52,192 bases of DNA from Candidatus Omnitrophota bacterium (lineage in GTDB: Bacteria > Omnitrophota > Gorgyraeia > JABMRN01 > RBG-13-46-9). The notes below the pieces were generated by a model. That model searched no databases. It was not told where the DNA came from and worked only from the letters and a program-made list of their open reading frames with translations. Shown here one piece after another: positions 1-8,821 of the stretch. The DNA lies in assembly GCA_016782445.1 (NCBI GenBank), contig JADHYM010000004.1:1-52192 (forward strand), given 5' to 3'. A program made the translations under genes and the position numbers. How positions within the stretch are numbered: the first letter of the stretch is position 1; every line of letters begins with the position of its first letter.

Positions 1-72
1 TTTAGACATCTGTATTTCGGCTTCGCGCAGCATAACAACGATTTGTTCCGCTTTGAACCTTTTCCTCTTCAT
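1..72 (-). CDS. IS3-family transposase OrfA, N-terminal fragment (partial)
   Basis: Manual translation MKRKRFKAEQIVVMLREAEIQMSK matches the MxRKRFxxEQIxxxLREAE start of IS407-type OrfA; purine-rich RBS upstream; not in the ORF track. Confidence 0.8.
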   Translation of the reverse strand, partial: MKRKRFKAEQIVVMLREAEIQMSK

Positions 73-137
73 TTTTACCCCTTTCTGTTACCTGTATTCT
101 AGCACAACTACTGGTACAGTTTAAGGGGGTCAGGTCA
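1..137 (-). mobile_element. IS3-family (IS407-group-like) insertion sequence, left end; truncated by window edge
   Basis: Minus strand from 137 reads TGACCTGACCCCCTTAAACTGTACCAGT, a 5'-TG terminus typical of IS3 inverted repeats. An OrfA-like start follows 65 nt further in. Confidence 0.8.
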
Positions 138-143
138 CTTTCC

Positions 144-1157
144 TTGCTCCACATGTGGCCCGAAGCAAAAAAAACTTATTCGGAACTAATAAATGATTAC
201 TCGAATGCTAAAGAGCTTGTGTGGCTTTCCCGCGCGGCAGACTTGGAAGGGGCCATAAGGATAAACACTGACTTCCAGTACTTATTTGGCCCGGAGACCC
301 TGAAGCAGTATAGGATAGTCGAGGGCATGCGGGTTTGGCTCGCTCCCCAGGTACGTATGACGTTTAATGCCTTTGAGGAGATACACAGAAAAGGGCGCCG
401 GGATGGTACGCCGCCTATAAAAAAATTCATACCCGGATATAAATTTAAATGGGAGGGATTCTTAAACGGCGTCGCAACTTTCGCTGCTGACTGGCAGGTT
501 GACTATCATGACTTCGACACGACGAACGAATTAGGCTGCGAGGTGCGCATAGACAAGCCGAATTTTCGTTGCGTGACCGGTTACAAATATAACCACCTCA
601 TACGCGACCCCATAGAGGGCCTAAATAAGGAGGGCCGTCTCAACAGATTTTATGCCGCGGGCGAAAAGGTTCTGTTCGAACGCCTGATTTTTGGGGATGA
701 TCTCTGGCTCGAGTCGTATAGCGTCAGGCCCGAAGAAAACACAATAACCGGCGAGGGATACCTCGGCTATAAGATTATAAACGAGGTCTATGCCAACGTC
801 ATCGTTCTTAAAAAGCCGTACGTTACGTTTAATTCGAGGTGCCGCTACGGAAAATGGAACAAATCGTTTCCGAGGGCGAACGAGGTGCTGGACTTTGTAG
901 GCGATGAAAAAGTTTACATGTTCGGGTTTTATGGGGAGGATAAAATAGGGTCCCTTGCCAGAGTATACGGTGGTTTTACCAGAACCTATGACAGCAAAAG
1001 AAAATTTTACTCAAGCTATACAAATTTCGCCATAGACATGTGGTTTTTAAAAAACATGACGGCTACCCTTGCCTATGAATACGCCATGAATGTAGACGGC
1101 GTATACGGCGCGGGTGATGTGACGCTTTTTACGGCAAAAGTCGAGGTAACTTTCTAA
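144..1157 (+). CDS. Probable outer-membrane beta-barrel protein, 5'-truncated by the IS insertion
   Basis: Frame is open from the IS junction at 138 with no RBS and only a TTG start. Aromatic/Gly-rich amphipathic strands; C-terminus FTAKVEVTF ends in Phe; stop abuts the next ATG. Confidence 0.55.
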   Translation: MLHMWPEAKKTYSELINDYSNAKELVWLSRAADLEGAIRINTDFQYLFGPETLKQYRIVEGMRVWLAPQVRMTFNAFEEIHRKGRRDGTPPIKKFIPGYKFKWEGFLNGVATFAADWQVDYHDFDTTNELGCEVRIDKPNFRCVTGYKYNHLIRDPIEGLNKEGRLNRFYAAGEKVLFERLIFGDDLWLESYSVRPEENTITGEGYLGYKIINEVYANVIVLKKPYVTFNSRCRYGKWNKSFPRANEVLDFVGDEKVYMFGFYGEDKIGSLARVYGGFTRTYDSKRKFYSSYTNFAIDMWFLKNMTATLAYEYAMNVDGVYGAGDVTLFTAKVEVTF

Positions 1158-1529
1158 ATGGCTCATATCTTGATTACTGACAGCGATTCGGTGTTAATGC
1201 CTACCATGGCGAGTTACCTGGCGTGGCTCGGCCTCGGGGTTGATACTGAAGATGACTCCTCCCGGGTAATGGCCCGCCTCATGAGTAAAAAATACGACTT
1301 TCTCATTTGCAGCGAATTAGCCTACCCCCTGGATGGTTACACGCTGTGCAAAATGATCCGCGCCTCAGGGCAAAAAAACCTTAAAAATATGAATATAATG
1401 TTTGTCGCCCCGGAAGAACCGGAGATAGATAAATCTCTGTTTCTAAAAAAAGAGCGCATTTATTTCATGAACAAGTATGAAAATGCCTCGGTGTGGCACG
1501 AGAAGATAAACATGATTTTAGGAAGGTAA
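1158..1529 (+). CDS. Stand-alone atypical (pseudo-)receiver domain protein
   Basis: REC fold pattern (HILITDSD...YDFLIC...LDGYTLCKMIR); the phospho-acceptor Asp position reads S/E. Confidence 0.7.
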   Translation: MAHILITDSDSVLMPTMASYLAWLGLGVDTEDDSSRVMARLMSKKYDFLICSELAYPLDGYTLCKMIRASGQKNLKNMNIMFVAPEEPEIDKSLFLKKERIYFMNKYENASVWHEKINMILGR

Positions 1530-1542
1530 AGGAAATAGATTT

Positions 1543-2937
1543 ATGAAAAAAAATAAGTTTATTATTGAAATAGCGGTAATTTTTATTATTTATAATTGCC
1601 TGAATTTTATTTTTTTTCCGGATGACCCGGGGTTTGTCAGATTTAAATTGCATCCCTACTGGATAGCTGTCCTTTTGATCTCCGCGCGCTACGGCCTTTA
1701 TCCGGGTATAACAGTAGGTTTTGTGGCGTGTTTTCAGTTTCTCGTTTTCTCACTCGGCGGAATGCCTACGAGGGCTATCATCGAACAAATGGCTGAGAAT
1801 GGGAGCTTTGTTGTGCCGCTTGCGTTTGTTCTCGTAGGTGCCTTTCTGGGAAACATAAGGCAGAAGTATATAAATATGGACAAGGAAAAAAGTGCCGCTT
1901 TGAGTAATAAAATAGAATCCCTTGATGGCTTAAATCAGAGATATGAGGCCCTGGAGAAGGCGAAAAAGGTTCTTGAAGCCAGGATAGTGGGAGAGACAAC
2001 AACTGTAAAGACATTATACAAAGCCGCTGAAAAGCTGGATGCCATGGACGCGAAAAGCATTTATCAGGGCGGCCTGGATATACTGGCAGGGCATTTCCAG
2101 GTAAAAAAGGCCTCGGTTCATATCCGTGAAGGGGGATATTACGTGCTTAAATCTTACATGGGATGGACAGAAAAAGAAGCCGTGGAAGGAAAGGTTTCGG
2201 AGGAACAAAGTTTAATGGACCTTGTTTTTGAAAAGAACGGGGTCGTTACCGTGCAGGACATATTGAAGGAAAAAGCCTCCCATCGATATATTTCACAGTA
2301 CGGCCAGGTCCTGGCAATGTTCCCTTTAAGAGATGAAAAAAATCATCCGATAGGCGTACTGAACATAGAGGAGATGGATTTTCTCTCGTTTACAAGGCCC
2401 AATCTCGAACTGATAGAGCTTGTAGTGAACTGGGTAAGCAGGGCCCTTTGCAACAAGAAGCTTTACGATGTGGCTACTTCAGAGTCCATAAACGATAAGG
2501 AGCTTGGCGTATACAGCTTTCATTATTTCGGGTCCGTTCTGGAGAACGAATTCATAAGGGCCACCGACTACAAGCTTCCACTTGCGGTTTCCCTGGTAAA
2601 GCTTGACCGGTACGGGTTTTTCGGCGAAGAAAAGCAAAAGCTTCTGAACGAGGCGGTAATAGCCCTCTTGAGGCGCTATCTTCCCGTCACTGATATGGTT
2701 TTTAAGTATAAGTATGACGGCATGTTTGCGCTCATAAGCCCTATGAGTTCGGAAAAACTCGTCATGAAAAAAATTGCCGACGTGGAAAAGGGCATTAGCG
2801 GGATAGTCCCGGAAGCGCAAAAAGAGAGGCCTGTTGTACAGCTTTCGCTTGGATGCGCGGAAGCAGGGCCCGGCATAAAAGATGCGCCCGGACTTTTGCG
2901 CTTGGCTGCCGAAAAACTGAAAATCGATAAATCCTGA
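1543..2937 (+). CDS. pelD: PelD-like membrane protein (TM helices, coiled coil, GAF, degenerate GGDEF)
   Basis: N-terminal TM region with HPYWIAVLLISARYG, coiled coil, GAF (FPLRDEKNHPIGVLNIE), degenerate GGDEF (KYKYDGMF); upstream of pelF/pelG. Confidence 0.75.
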   Translation: MKKNKFIIEIAVIFIIYNCLNFIFFPDDPGFVRFKLHPYWIAVLLISARYGLYPGITVGFVACFQFLVFSLGGMPTRAIIEQMAENGSFVVPLAFVLVGAFLGNIRQKYINMDKEKSAALSNKIESLDGLNQRYEALEKAKKVLEARIVGETTTVKTLYKAAEKLDAMDAKSIYQGGLDILAGHFQVKKASVHIREGGYYVLKSYMGWTEKEAVEGKVSEEQSLMDLVFEKNGVVTVQDILKEKASHRYISQYGQVLAMFPLRDEKNHPIGVLNIEEMDFLSFTRPNLELIELVVNWVSRALCNKKLYDVATSESINDKELGVYSFHYFGSVLENEFIRATDYKLPLAVSLVKLDRYGFFGEEKQKLLNEAVIALLRRYLPVTDMVFKYKYDGMFALISPMSSEKLVMKKIADVEKGISGIVPEAQKERPVVQLSLGCAEAGPGIKDAPGLLRLAAEKLKIDKS

Positions 2938-2938
2938 T

Positions 2939-3961
2939 ATGAAAACACGTTTTTTATTACTGGCGGGCCTTTTTTGCGAATGTTTAATCATTCCGGCGTG
3001 GTACGCATTTCACTCTGTCAGCGTATGCGTGCTTTTGCACTTATTTTTCGTTTGTTTATCAGGAGCGAAGCTTTATCTTTTTCTTAAGAAAAAAAAAGGT
3101 ACGGGCGAGCCGAGAGCTTTTTACCTTTACGTTTTCGCGATAGCCGTGTTCTTCCCTGCAGCCGGCTTTGCAATGGCCGCCTGCATCATAGTAGGCCTCA
3201 AAAAATTCGGAGAAACCGCGAAAAAAGAAATATACGAGGAATATGAGGAGTATATAGAAGCCGAGAAAACCTCGTACAGGGAACGGGAGAGTCTCTCTGT
3301 TATCTTGAGAAAAATCCGCGGAGAAGTAAGCTTCAAACCGTTCATAGATATTATAAAAGGCGAAAATGTTGAGGAGAAAGAAAAAGTCGTGCAAAAATTG
3401 GCCACCATGAATTCCCGAATGAGTGTCCAGCTTTTGAAAGAAGCACTTAGGGATGCTTCGGCTGAGGTTAGATTTTACGCGGCCGGGGCACTTCTGAAAA
3501 CAGAGGAAGAAATGAACTCAAGGATACATGCGTCTCTCGAGCGGCTGAAAAGAAGGGGCGGCGCCGTAGATTACTTAAGTCTCGGGGATCTGTACCGCAC
3601 ATACGCAGAAATCGGCCTTATCGAGAAAAGCCTCGGGTGGCATTATCTTGAGCTAAGCTGCCAGGCTTATCAAGAATCGCTTGATATTGATACGGACCAG
3701 CCGGCAGCCATTATTTCCTATGCAGAGAATCTGATAGCCCTGGCGAGGTATGATAAAGCGAAGTCGCTACTGGATAAAGCCGTAAGGTTATGGCCGCACG
3801 ACACGCAGATGCTTTTTTTGCGAAGCAGGGTATGTTTTCAGCTGGGACTTATCAGAGAAGTGCCCGCGTGCCTCTATGGAATTAAAAGAACCGGTCTTGA
3901 CCCGCGAAGAAGAGAGGTCTTTGATTTATGGACGGAAAGGTCGCAAGACACGAAGATATAA
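2939..3961 (+). CDS. pelE: PelE-like protein (TM helices plus HEAT/TPR repeats)
   Basis: N-terminal TM helices, HEAT motif LLKEALRDASAEVRFYAAGAL, C-terminal TPR-like helices; position after pelD. Confidence 0.65.
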   Translation: MKTRFLLLAGLFCECLIIPAWYAFHSVSVCVLLHLFFVCLSGAKLYLFLKKKKGTGEPRAFYLYVFAIAVFFPAAGFAMAACIIVGLKKFGETAKKEIYEEYEEYIEAEKTSYRERESLSVILRKIRGEVSFKPFIDIIKGENVEEKEKVVQKLATMNSRMSVQLLKEALRDASAEVRFYAAGALLKTEEEMNSRIHASLERLKRRGGAVDYLSLGDLYRTYAEIGLIEKSLGWHYLELSCQAYQESLDIDTDQPAAIISYAENLIALARYDKAKSLLDKAVRLWPHDTQMLFLRSRVCFQLGLIREVPACLYGIKRTGLDPRRREVFDLWTERSQDTKI

Positions 3962-5949
3962 AGGGCTTGATTGCGGAATTGTTGAGCCCCAAAGGGCTCA
4001 AGTCCGAGGAGGCCTTTGAATCACTCAGTTTTCATTTAAAAGACGAAGACATAGATTTTGTCTATTCCTCTTTTATGCGTGATAAAAAGCCGCACAATAT
4101 TTACTGGCTTGTCAGGTATCTCGCGGGGATAGAGAGGCCTTACGGGTTCGAGAAGTTATTTTTGCTCGCCGGGAATGAAAACGAGTTCATATGGAAAGAA
4201 GCCCTTGCCGGCATCGCAAGGATAGATCCGGATTCCAGGACAGAAATATTCATTAAGATGCTGGAGTTCAAAAGGGAAGAGGAGATTTGCTTTGCCATAA
4301 AAGGGCTCGGGGACCTGCGGGCGCAGAAAGCAGTTATCCCCTTGCTCGGACTGCTTAAAAAATACGACTCAAATGACAACATAAAAATAGCCATCGCGCA
4401 AGCCCTGGGAAGCATAGGCGGAAGAAGGGCTTTTGTAGCGCTCGAAGATTTGATAGAAAATTCGAAAGATACCGTTAAGGACGCTTCCCTTGCTGCGTTC
4501 AATCGGCTTACCAGGGTATTGGCCCCCGGTAACCTGAGTAAATATCTCATGTCCGAAAACAGGCAGATAAGAGAAATTGCGTACCGCTCCGCCTCAAGGA
4601 TGCCTTACAAAAGGGGAGAGCGCTACCTGGCAGATGGCTTGGCCGTTGAAAGTGAAGAATCAGTCAAGCTTAATATATTATCCTGGATCAATAGTATAGA
4701 CTCCGAGCGGCTTTTTAGAGCCGTTCTTGGCATTGCCCTTAAAAGTAAATTTCCCAGAGTGATGATGATGGCCCGTTCCGCAATAAGAAAAGCAAAATCA
4801 CCCAGGATGCTCCGCTATCTTATGCGCGAAGAGAATGCCGCAGATGGCGAGAAAAAAATCCTTCTTATGCGTTTTCTGGCAGAATACAGAGGCGCGTTAA
4901 GCACCGCGCGTATTTTCGTAAAAAATTACAGCCGTTCCGAGGACAATAAAATAAAACTTATAACCATAGAGTCTTTAGGAGAGGCCGGGGACAAGAAATA
5001 CGCGCCGTTTCTTAAGGATATAGTAAAGGCGAATACCCGGTTTTCCTACGCCGCGGCCCTGGCGCTTACCCATCTCATAGATAAGTCCGGATGGGGCATT
5101 GTGGACGAAATGCTTTCGCTCGCGGAGAGCACTTTTTCCGGAACGGTGCAGGTTTTTTTGCGTTTTGTGCTGACGTTGCCCTATGATTACTCCCTTCCGG
5201 AAACCGTTAAAGCCCGCATAGAAGCTCTTTCCCGCTCAAAATCGCATCATATAAGGTATCTGGCAGCCAGGTGCCTCCCGAGCATAAAAACCTGTGACAT
5301 TTCAGCGAAAATAGCCGAGAGGGTGCAGGACGATGGCTTTTCACGCGTAAGAGACGCTTATACGCGCAGCCTGGCTTTTTTGCTGGAGAAAAATCCGGAT
5401 GAACTATCGTGCATTCTCGATAATTGCGCATGTAATCAGAAAATCCCGTTTTTTTATTATGGGCTTTTCAGGAAAATAGTTACCTCGAAAGAGGGTTTTA
5501 TAAAAATAACAAAAGAACTCCTGCGGCTTATCAACGAACACATAGCCAAGCCGCCGCCCAAAAGCGCTTTGTACGCGATACGGCTTATGGTGCTTTTAAA
5601 GATACAGGCATTAAAGGGAAGGTCTTTTTTTCTTGAGTACCTGGCACGCGAAAAGATGAGCGAAACAGAATACTGGGTTATGATGAGGGTTATTAACGCC
5701 ACGGATATACACCAGTTCCGCGGGCTTGATATAGATTTCATGGCAACCCAGTATAAAAACGCTCCCGTTGAGGCCAAAATAGAATATCTCAATTTTTTCA
5801 AACGCATGTCCGTGAAAAGCAAACCCATAGAGCGTGTAGTTTTTGAGGGCCTGCGCACGGAAAAGAGCGAGTTTATCAGAAAAAAAATAAGCGATATAAT
5901 ATCGAACTGGATGGAAGAATCAAAGGAAAGCACGGGTAAAGGCGCATGA
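3928..5949 (+). CDS. HEAT-repeat protein
   Basis: Repeated HEAT motifs (AIKGLGDLRAQKAVIPLL, IAIAQALGSIGG, TIESLGEAGDKKYAPFL); overlaps both neighbours. Confidence 0.8.
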   Translation: MDGKVARHEDIKGLIAELLSPKGLKSEEAFESLSFHLKDEDIDFVYSSFMRDKKPHNIYWLVRYLAGIERPYGFEKLFLLAGNENEFIWKEALAGIARIDPDSRTEIFIKMLEFKREEEICFAIKGLGDLRAQKAVIPLLGLLKKYDSNDNIKIAIAQALGSIGGRRAFVALEDLIENSKDTVKDASLAAFNRLTRVLAPGNLSKYLMSENRQIREIAYRSASRMPYKRGERYLADGLAVESEESVKLNILSWINSIDSERLFRAVLGIALKSKFPRVMMMARSAIRKAKSPRMLRYLMREENAADGEKKILLMRFLAEYRGALSTARIFVKNYSRSEDNKIKLITIESLGEAGDKKYAPFLKDIVKANTRFSYAAALALTHLIDKSGWGIVDEMLSLAESTFSGTVQVFLRFVLTLPYDYSLPETVKARIEALSRSKSHHIRYLAARCLPSIKTCDISAKIAERVQDDGFSRVRDAYTRSLAFLLEKNPDELSCILDNCACNQKIPFFYYGLFRKIVTSKEGFIKITKELLRLINEHIAKPPPKSALYAIRLMVLLKIQALKGRSFFLEYLAREKMSETEYWVMMRVINATDIHQFRGLDIDFMATQYKNAPVEAKIEYLNFFKRMSVKSKPIERVVFEGLRTEKSEFIRKKISDIISNWMEESKESTGKGA

Positions 5950-7442
5950 GCGATATTTGTCTTTTGCTGGAAGGTACCTATCCCTATGTCGCCGGCGGCG
6001 TATCGACATGGGTGCACGACCTTATAAAGGAAATGCCCGAGGTGTCTTTTTCAATACTGTATCTGGGGCCGCACCGGTACGCGGCAAAAAAAATGCATTA
6101 CAAGATGCCTGATAACGTGACTGATTTCAACGAACATTATATTTTTGATTATGAGGCCAGCCCAACTTTTAAGCTGCCGAGTTTGAAGAAGAAAAAAGCA
6201 TTCACCGCTGTTAAAGACTTTCTGATAAGCATGAAAAAAGGCGATACCACCGCGTTCAACCGCCTTGCCGACATAATGGGCATGGACGGGGGGAAAGCGC
6301 TTGGGCTTGACGACCTTGTTTATTCTTACGAGGCGTGGAAGATACTTGAAGCGATCTACGCAAGAGAAGCCAAAAACGTCTCATTCATAGATTACTTCTG
6401 GAGCTGGCGGTTTATTTACCTTCCGTTTTTTTCCCTGCTTCGCGTAAATCTGCCGGAGGCCAGGCTTTACCATGCGGTATCGACCGGATACGCAGGTGTT
6501 TTAGGGGCCCTCGCCAAGCACCGGCGCATGAGGCCTTTTATTCTTACTGAGCATGGCATATACACAAGGGAAAGAAAAATCGAGATATCGCAGGCAGACT
6601 GGATATATTCCGAAAGCGCCCGCGACCTTAAAGTAACAGAGGAAAAGGATTTTTTTAAAGAATGGTGGATCGATTTCTTTTCCTTCTTCAGCCGCCTGGC
6701 GTACGACAGGGCAGATAACATTATTACTTTGTTCGAAGGAAACCGCACGATCCAGATCGAGGAAGGTGCCCCGGAAGAAAAGACGCGGGTAATACCGAAC
6801 GGCGTTGACATCAGGGCTCTTTCGGCTCTCGGGAGGAACCGGGAGAAAAAAGACGTTTTTAGGGTGGGCTTCATGGGCCGCATAGTGCCTATTAAAGATG
6901 TGAAGACGTTTATACGGGCATGTCGCATAATATACTCGGAACTTAAAAACGTTGAATTTTACATAATGGGCCCTACCGATGAGGACAAAGAGTATTACCG
7001 CGAGTGCACGCTCTTGACCCAGATGCAGGGGCTTGAGCATGTCGTGCGGTTTACGGGTAAAGTAAACGTAAAGGACTATTATCCTAAAATCGATGTTATA
7101 GTTTTAACCAGCATAAGCGAGGGGCAGCCTCTTGTCGTTTTGGAGGCCGGTGCCTGCGGTATACCCTCCGTAGCTACAGATGTTGGTTCATGCAGGGAAC
7201 TTCTTCATGGCAGTTCTCCGGACGACAGATTGCTGGGGCCCGGCGGGATCATTACGCCTATGTATAATCCCGAGAAAACCGCTGAAGCCGTGATCCGGTT
7301 GGCGCGGGACAAAGATCTCTACAATAGGATGTCAAAGGTAGGAAAAATGCGCGTGGCCAGATATTATCAGATGGATAACGTGATAGCCGGCTACAGAGCG
7401 CTTTATGCTAGGCGTATGAGCGAGGTAAGATGGCGGGAATAG
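5946..7442 (+). CDS. pelF: Pel polysaccharide GT4 glycosyltransferase PelF (DUF3492 + GT-B)
   Basis: LLEGTYPYVAGGVSTW, STGYAG, LTEHGIYTRER, GRIVPIKDVKTFIRA, SISEGQPLVVLEA. Confidence 0.95.
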   Translation: MSDICLLLEGTYPYVAGGVSTWVHDLIKEMPEVSFSILYLGPHRYAAKKMHYKMPDNVTDFNEHYIFDYEASPTFKLPSLKKKKAFTAVKDFLISMKKGDTTAFNRLADIMGMDGGKALGLDDLVYSYEAWKILEAIYAREAKNVSFIDYFWSWRFIYLPFFSLLRVNLPEARLYHAVSTGYAGVLGALAKHRRMRPFILTEHGIYTRERKIEISQADWIYSESARDLKVTEEKDFFKEWWIDFFSFFSRLAYDRADNIITLFEGNRTIQIEEGAPEEKTRVIPNGVDIRALSALGRNREKKDVFRVGFMGRIVPIKDVKTFIRACRIIYSELKNVEFYIMGPTDEDKEYYRECTLLTQMQGLEHVVRFTGKVNVKDYYPKIDVIVLTSISEGQPLVVLEAGACGIPSVATDVGSCRELLHGSSPDDRLLGPGGIITPMYNPEKTAEAVIRLARDKDLYNRMSKVGKMRVARYYQMDNVIAGYRALYARRMSEVRWRE

Positions 7443-8821
7443 GCTTTAAAATAGGAAAGATCCTGGCTGAGGATACGTTCACGGCCTCTCTCAGGGCGCA
7501 CTTTTACTCGGTTATCATATCTTCGGGGCCGTGGCTTTTGAGCATTCTGACCATATTTTGCCTGAACTATTTCAGGCCAAAAACTATTGATATTTTCGAA
7601 GCGATGTATTTCAGGACCACTGTAATCTACATTTTTGCCTTCTCGCTTATAATAACCGGCCTTTTTTATCTTTCTTTGAGTAGATACTTAGCGGATAAGC
7701 TTTACCAGAAGGACCCCGAGGCGCTTTTGCCGGCTTTTAATTCGGCAGCCTTGCTTCTTCTGGCTATTCAGGCGGTAACAGGGTATTTCTTTTTCAGCGG
7801 TTCAATGGAAGCGCCGATCGTATTGTTGTCCGTGCTTCTATACATGGCGATGAGTCTTTTATGGCTCATAATGATCTTTCTTACGGCGCTCCGGGATTAT
7901 AAATCGATAGCCGTAGCGTATGCTGCGGGCACCGTTGTGGCGATAGCCGCTTCTTTGCTTTTCGGGAGCATCACAGGACTCATCGGGTATTTTGCAGGGT
8001 ATCTTCTGGGGCACCTGGTCATAGTCATGCTTTTATCTTTACGCATTTTCACAGAGTTCAACTCAAAAAGAATATTCGACAGGGATCTGTTTACATTCAT
8101 GCTGAGAAATAAAAAACTCGTTTTTATCGGAATTTTTTACAACACGGCTATATGGATCGATAAAATGGTATTCTGGGCTTCGGACAGGGCGATTTGCGTT
8201 ACTCCTTTTTTGCGTTCATATCCTCTCTATGACAGTGCGGTATTTTTTGCCTATATTACCATAATACCGGCTATTTCTATTTTTCTCATACACGTAGAGA
8301 CTGATTTCTACAAAGCTTACAGGAGGTTTTATACCGAGATCCTCGGCAAGGGAACGTACGGGGCAATAAAAAGCGCGCATCAAGGCATGTCAGAAAGCCT
8401 AAAAAAAAGCATTTTCCTTCTTATAACGTGCCAGGGGCTCATAACCCTTATCGCGGTTACGTTCGCGCCGGAGTTCGCAGGTGTTCTTGGATTGAAATCC
8501 ATGGCCATACCCATATTCAGGATAACCGCTATGGGGGCTTTTTTGCACAGCCTTCTTCTTGTAGCAATCATTGTGATTCTCTACTTTGATTTCCAGAACT
8601 TGGCAGTTTTGGTTACCGCGGTGTTCCTGGTTACGAACTGCCTTTTTACGCTTGCCACGGTAAACCTTAGCATTTATTTTCTGGGATACGGTTACTTTTT
8701 CTCGGCATTGTTCTCGCTCGCGATCGCGTTTTATGCGTTCAATTTTAAATTAAACAGAGTTGAATACCTCACTTTCGCTATGCAGCCTTTGGGGATACAC
8801 AGAGAGGAGGAGATAGTTTGA
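7430..8821 (+). CDS. pelG: Pel exopolysaccharide transporter PelG
   Basis: MAGIGFK start, SSGPWL, IWIDKMVFW, VETDFY motifs; about 12 TM helices. Confidence 0.95.
   Translation: MAGIGFKIGKILAEDTFTASLRAHFYSVIISSGPWLLSILTIFCLNYFRPKTIDIFEAMYFRTTVIYIFAFSLIITGLFYLSLSRYLADKLYQKDPEALLPAFNSAALLLLAIQAVTGYFFFSGSMEAPIVLLSVLLYMAMSLLWLIMIFLTALRDYKSIAVAYAAGTVVAIAASLLFGSITGLIGYFAGYLLGHLVIVMLLSLRIFTEFNSKRIFDRDLFTFMLRNKKLVFIGIFYNTAIWIDKMVFWASDRAICVTPFLRSYPLYDSAVFFAYITIIPAISIFLIHVETDFYKAYRRFYTEILGKGTYGAIKSAHQGMSESLKKSIFLLITCQGLITLIAVTFAPEFAGVLGLKSMAIPIFRITAMGAFLHSLLLVAIIVILYFDFQNLAVLVTAVFLVTNCLFTLATVNLSIYFLGYGYFFSALFSLAIAFYAFNFKLNRVEYLTFAMQPLGIHREEEIV

Noticed and set aside
3089-3097. A9 tract in pelE as a phase-variation switch
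   Set aside because: It encodes a poly-Lys stretch after a TM helix; A-runs of this length are common in this A-rich genome and the frame is intact.
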